In this document: positions 60,093 through 64,000 of the stretch, piece by piece | How positions within the stretch are numbered: the stretch's first letter is position 1 | Layout of the letters: the number at the start of each line of letters is the position of its first letter | Notes under the pieces: generated by a model | Told to the model about the DNA's origin: nothing | Database searches by the model: none | Seen by the model: the letters and a program-made list of their open reading frames with translations, nothing else | Translations under genes and position numbers: made by a program | Origin: Mobula hypostoma | Lineage: Eukaryota | Assembly: GCF_963921235.1 (NCBI RefSeq) | Contig: NC_086106.1 | Location: forward strand, 25,916,001 to 25,980,000 | DNA length: 64,000 bases | Reading direction: 5' to 3'

Positions 60093-60894
60093 CCCCCCTT
60101 CTCTCTCTCTCTAAATGCTTTCTCATCACATTCATTCCTATATTCCGCTCTCATTTCCTCCTGTGTCACTGTTTTCTACCATCGATTTAGTTCAGTTTCA
60201 CTCGCGTTTCTTTCCTCTATCTCATCCTTCATTACACTTTGTCTTTCCCTCTTTCTTTCCTTCCTGTTCAATTGTTCTCACAGCCCCTATATTTCTCACC
60301 ATATCCTTCCTTCCCTCTCGTTCTCTGTCTTTCACTTCTCCTTTCTCTCGCTCGCTGCGTCTACCTCTCTCTCATGCTCCTTCTGTCCCACACACTCATC
60401 TTTGGTTTTATTTATATAATAAGCGGTAGATTGCGCTATAGGCCCTTCGGGCACTTCGAGCTTTACCTCTAGCGATCCCAGACCCGACCCTAATCACAGC
60501 ACAATTTACAATGCATTATTAACCTACTTACCAGTACATCGCTGGTCTGAGAGCGGGAAAAGGGGAACCCGGAGAAAGTCCGCGCATTCCGAAGGGTGGA
60601 AGTACAGACCCTTTACTGAGGCGCAGTAATGCACCACCGAAATCCGACGCCCGGATCTGTAAATAGCATCGCACTAACCACTGCGCTACAGAAGCTGTAC
60701 TGCACTCTCTCTTCCCCTGAGTCTCCCCTTTCCTGTTTCTCCCTCTTTCCCTATCTCCCGTTTTGCTTACTGCTCTGTCGATCACCATCTCTCCCGCTCT
60801 CTCACTTCTTCATTGCTCGTAAGTCTTTCTGCGCTCAGCCTTCTGTTTCCACGAACGGTGCTGTCGCCTGACTCTTGTGGATGGACCAGAGTTG

Positions 60895-61750
60895 GATGAA
60901 AATTCTGCAGATGCTTAAAATCCAAAGCAACACACAAAACTCTGGAGGGAGTCAGCAGGTCAGGGCGCATCTTGGGAAAAATGTAAACAGTCGGTGTTTC
61001 GGTCCGAGACCTAGGGCAGGACTGGGGAGGAAGCAGCGTCATGCCCAAGTCAAAATGTGGAGGGAGGGGAAAGCGGCTGGCTGAAAGGCGATAGGTGACA
61101 CCGGGTGGCTGGAAAAGGCCAAGAGCTGGAAAGAAAGAATTTGATAGGAGAGGAGAGTAGACAATAGGAAAAATGGAAGGATAAGCATACACGAAGTAAA
61201 AGGCAGGGGAGAAAGAGTAAAAGGTCAGGGTGGGGAATAGAAGAAATTATATGGGGAGGTAATTTGTTCAATTGGAATAAATCATCGATATTCATACCAT
61301 TAGGTTGGATGGTACCTAGAAGGAATGCAAGGTGTTGCTCCTCCGCCCTGAACGTCGCCTCATCCTGGCGCAAAGAGAGGCCATGGATCGAGATGTCAGA
61401 ATGCGAATGGGAATCGGAATTAAAATATTTGGCCACTGGGAAGTCCCGCTTGTAATGGACGAAGTGCAGATGCTCGACGAAACGGCCCGCATTTCACAGT
61501 GGCTCTCACCAATCTAGAGAAGGACGCGTCGGGATCATCGGACACAATAGAGGACCCAAGCAGATTTGCAGATGAAGTGTTGTTTCACCTGGAAAAACTG
61601 TTTGGGGCTCTGAATGCAGGTGAGGCAGGTACAGCTCTCAACCCACTTGCAAGAATAAGTGCTGGATGAAGATTCGTAGGGAGGAGGAACGAAAAACCAT
61701 AGCGGAAAGAGCGATCCCTGCAAAAGCAGGGGGGCAGGGAAAGTTAGTTA
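60895..61750 (-). mobile_element. Old Penelope-like 3' fragment
   Basis: HSHSDISIHGL..EEQHLAFLLGTIQPNGMNID matches the end of the 9.7 kb Penelope ORF. The hammerhead near 60990-61020 is eroded. Confidence 0.8.
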
Positions 61751-61815
61751 GGTCCCTTTGGAGAGGATGGAGCTAAGTGCGCTTGCAAAGCGAGCGGCCA
61801 TTACATTCCTGGTAA

Positions 61816-62386
61816 GTTTTTTGAAAAGGTCCCTCGTCACACTGCTGGACTGTGGGCTGAATTGCACAATGATACACGACGGAATCAGGCACAACATAGT
61901 CGGAGATATTTTTTCTTTAATCGCTGTCCGGATATATCCAGAGAACCTGAATTTCTGACCGGACTGTCTTCCGACCGGACTTCGTCTCTAGTAATGAATA
62001 TTGTCAAAATTGTTTTCAGAGATTTACTGGAATGTTGAACGTAGCACAGACTGGCTGTGCCAGATTCCGAGGAGTTGCAGGACAGAGACACTGTCGACAG
62101 CCAGATCAGCCATGATCTTACTGAATGGCGGAGCAGGCTCAACGGACCCGATGGCCTACTCTCGCTCCTATTTCTCATCATCTTATGTTCTTCCCTTCCA
62201 CGGTCATTAATTCCCACGAATTCTGAGTTACCGAAATTACCCCACTCATTCCTGTAACAAATCCTGGAGAGCGTGATTGGCGCAGGATCCCACTGACCGT
62301 ATAAGACACGGGCGCGCTGACTAATGAGGAGGAAACTATCCAGACAGAACAGCCATTAAGATCAACAAACAACATAAGTGTGTCAT
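61816..62386 (-). pseudogene. TCR V pseudogene with recognisable 23-RSS, split by a short CR1 tail
   Basis: 46-nt leader 62386-62341 MTHLCCLLILMAVLS with donor GT>GA. Exon from 62251 GMSGVISVTQ, about 95-bp insert at 62095-62189, Trp lost, frameshift, then PDSVVYHCAIQ. RSS is CACAGTC (61854-61848), 23 nt, TCAAAAAAC. Confidence 0.88.
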
Positions 62387-62409
62387 GGTGACCACATTAA
62401 AGTCAACAA

Positions 62410-64000
62410 CATAATTTTATGAAATTGTGACCCGGGAGAAGGTAATTACGTCACGTTAGGACGAGCAGAGACTCGGGGGAGACAAGTGCCCTTTCTCTCG
62501 CACCTGATTGGTAATTTGCTCAAGATAAGCCTTCGACTCGAGAGGGGCGTTGGCTCTGGGTAAGCTTCTCTTAGCGTTTATTTACGTGTAAGCTTCTCTT
62601 AGGGTTTATTTACGTGGTGTAGTAAATTGCTGTTGTGTGTTTTTCACGCCAGATGTTGGAGCACTGGGAGATGCAGAGTTTCCCGGGGAACTACATCTGC
62701 GTGGTATGCATCTGAGTGAAGCTCCTTGAAGACCATGACACGGATCTAGAGCAGCAGCTGATTGACCTTCGGCTTAAAATTCCGAGAGAGAAAACGATCA
62801 ATCGGAGTTACAGGGAAGTAGCTACCACGAAGCTGCAGGAGGCGAGTAGCTGGGTACCTATCAGGAGAAATGGAAATATGAATAGGCAGTTAGAGCAGAG
62901 CACCCCTGCGGCCATTCCTTTCAATGATGAGTACATAGTTTTGGGGGGTAACGCTGTAAGTTATCCTGGTTACTCTATTCACTGTTTATTGATCTGATCG
63001 GCATAGCTCACATTCTCAGTAAACTGAGTACGAAACATTGCAAAGAAATAAAATGGCAAAGGAGAGACCTTCCATCTTGCGTCGTCCCCTTAGTTAAAGG
63101 ACAAAGGACTCCCTTTACTCGAAGCATGTTCAATGAAGCGTCATTCGGGGTGAAGTGTCTCTCCTTTGAGCAGATGATTCAGGAGGTTCGATGTTTAGAG
63201 GGCCGAATATGCTGTCTACCGAAAATAAACATACTGTATTGATTTAATGGTTTGGATCTGTGTTCGAAATTACAATGGTATGAGAGCCGAGTTGGCCAAC
63301 GAGTTCGGAGAGGAGAAATTGGAAGTACATGCTGGCAGGGATGACAGCAGGGCAGCAATAGCGTGAGTTTCTGGGGAAAATGAGGAGGGTACGGGTTAGC
63401 TGGATCCAAAAATGAGGAAATACACAAATGGGAAAGTAGTGCAACCGTGGCTGACAAGGGCAGTCAAGGCTAATGCAAAGGCAAAAGAAAGGCCATACAA
63501 CAAAGCAAGAATTACTCGGAAGACAGAGGATTAGGAAGATTTTAAAACCTTACAAAGAGCAAGTAGAAGAATCATTAGGAGGGGAAGGACGAAATATGAA
63601 CACAAGATAGCAAACAATATCAAAGTGGAGAGTAAAAGCTTTTTCAAGCATGTAAAAAGTAAAAGTGAGACGAGCGTGCATATAGGAACACAAGAAAATG
63701 AGGCCGGAGAAATAATGCCAGGGGTCAAGGTGATGGTAGATGGATGAAATGAGTATTTCGCATCAGTCCTCAATGTGGAATTCACTAGCAGTGTGCGAGG
63801 GTGTGAGGGAAGACAATGTGAGTGCAGATACAATTACAATGGTGAAGGTCCTCAAAACGCTGAATGACAGAAGGGTATGTAAGTCATCCGGACCAGATTA
63901 ACTGCACCCTCGGGTTATGAAAGAGGTAGCGGTAGAGATTGCGGAGGCATTAGCAAAGAGTTTTCAAAATCATTGAACTCTATGTCAGTGATATAGATGA
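62410..64000 (+). mobile_element. Degenerate CR1 (5' region, ORF1 and ORF2 remnants)
   Basis: 5' end matches 8075-8600, with ORF2 remnants (ANNIKVESKSFFK). Confidence 0.75.

Noticed and set aside
59572-60472. Ser/Leu/Phe-rich ORFs (also 15675-16164, 30406-30672 and 39499-39960)
   Set aside because: They are translations of CT-rich low-complexity DNA.
4769-62386. NAR-TCR, supporting V-delta or intact IgH-like V segments
   Set aside because: Every recognisable V has its own leader or leader remnant, no CDR1 cysteine typical of NAR-TCR supporting V, and no IgHV-type WVRQ..GLEW motif.

Overview
This window is eukaryotic DNA, by inference from a cartilaginous fish and probably a ray (judged from the CR1, Rex and Penelope repeat content and the V-gene style). 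It covers part of a T-cell-receptor variable-gene array that looks most like TCR alpha/delta V. All V segments are on the minus strand. They share one architecture: a 46-nt leader exon, an 85-98-nt phase-1 intron, a V exon and a 23-spacer RSS. I count about 12 segments or remnants. Two look fully functional (21.6-22.0 kb and 59.0-59.4 kb), two are open but damaged (4.8-5.2 kb and 26.2-26.6 kb), and the rest are pseudogenes or fragments. I found no D, J or C segment. The array grew by cassette duplication and is heavily invaded by CR1 and Rex LINEs, Penelope-like elements carrying minimal hammerhead ribozymes, and Gypsy LTR elements. The most notable unannotated structure is a fixed-spacing module just downstream of the RSS: RSS, then a CTCF-like motif, a second CTCF-like motif and a CACGTGA E-box. 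It is conserved across divergent V subfamilies and survives in a ruined pseudogene. All motif and family calls were made by eye with no database searches, and repeat boundaries are approximate unless a target-site duplication is quoted. Three N gaps lie at 2212-2535, 5415-5622 and 22832-23010.
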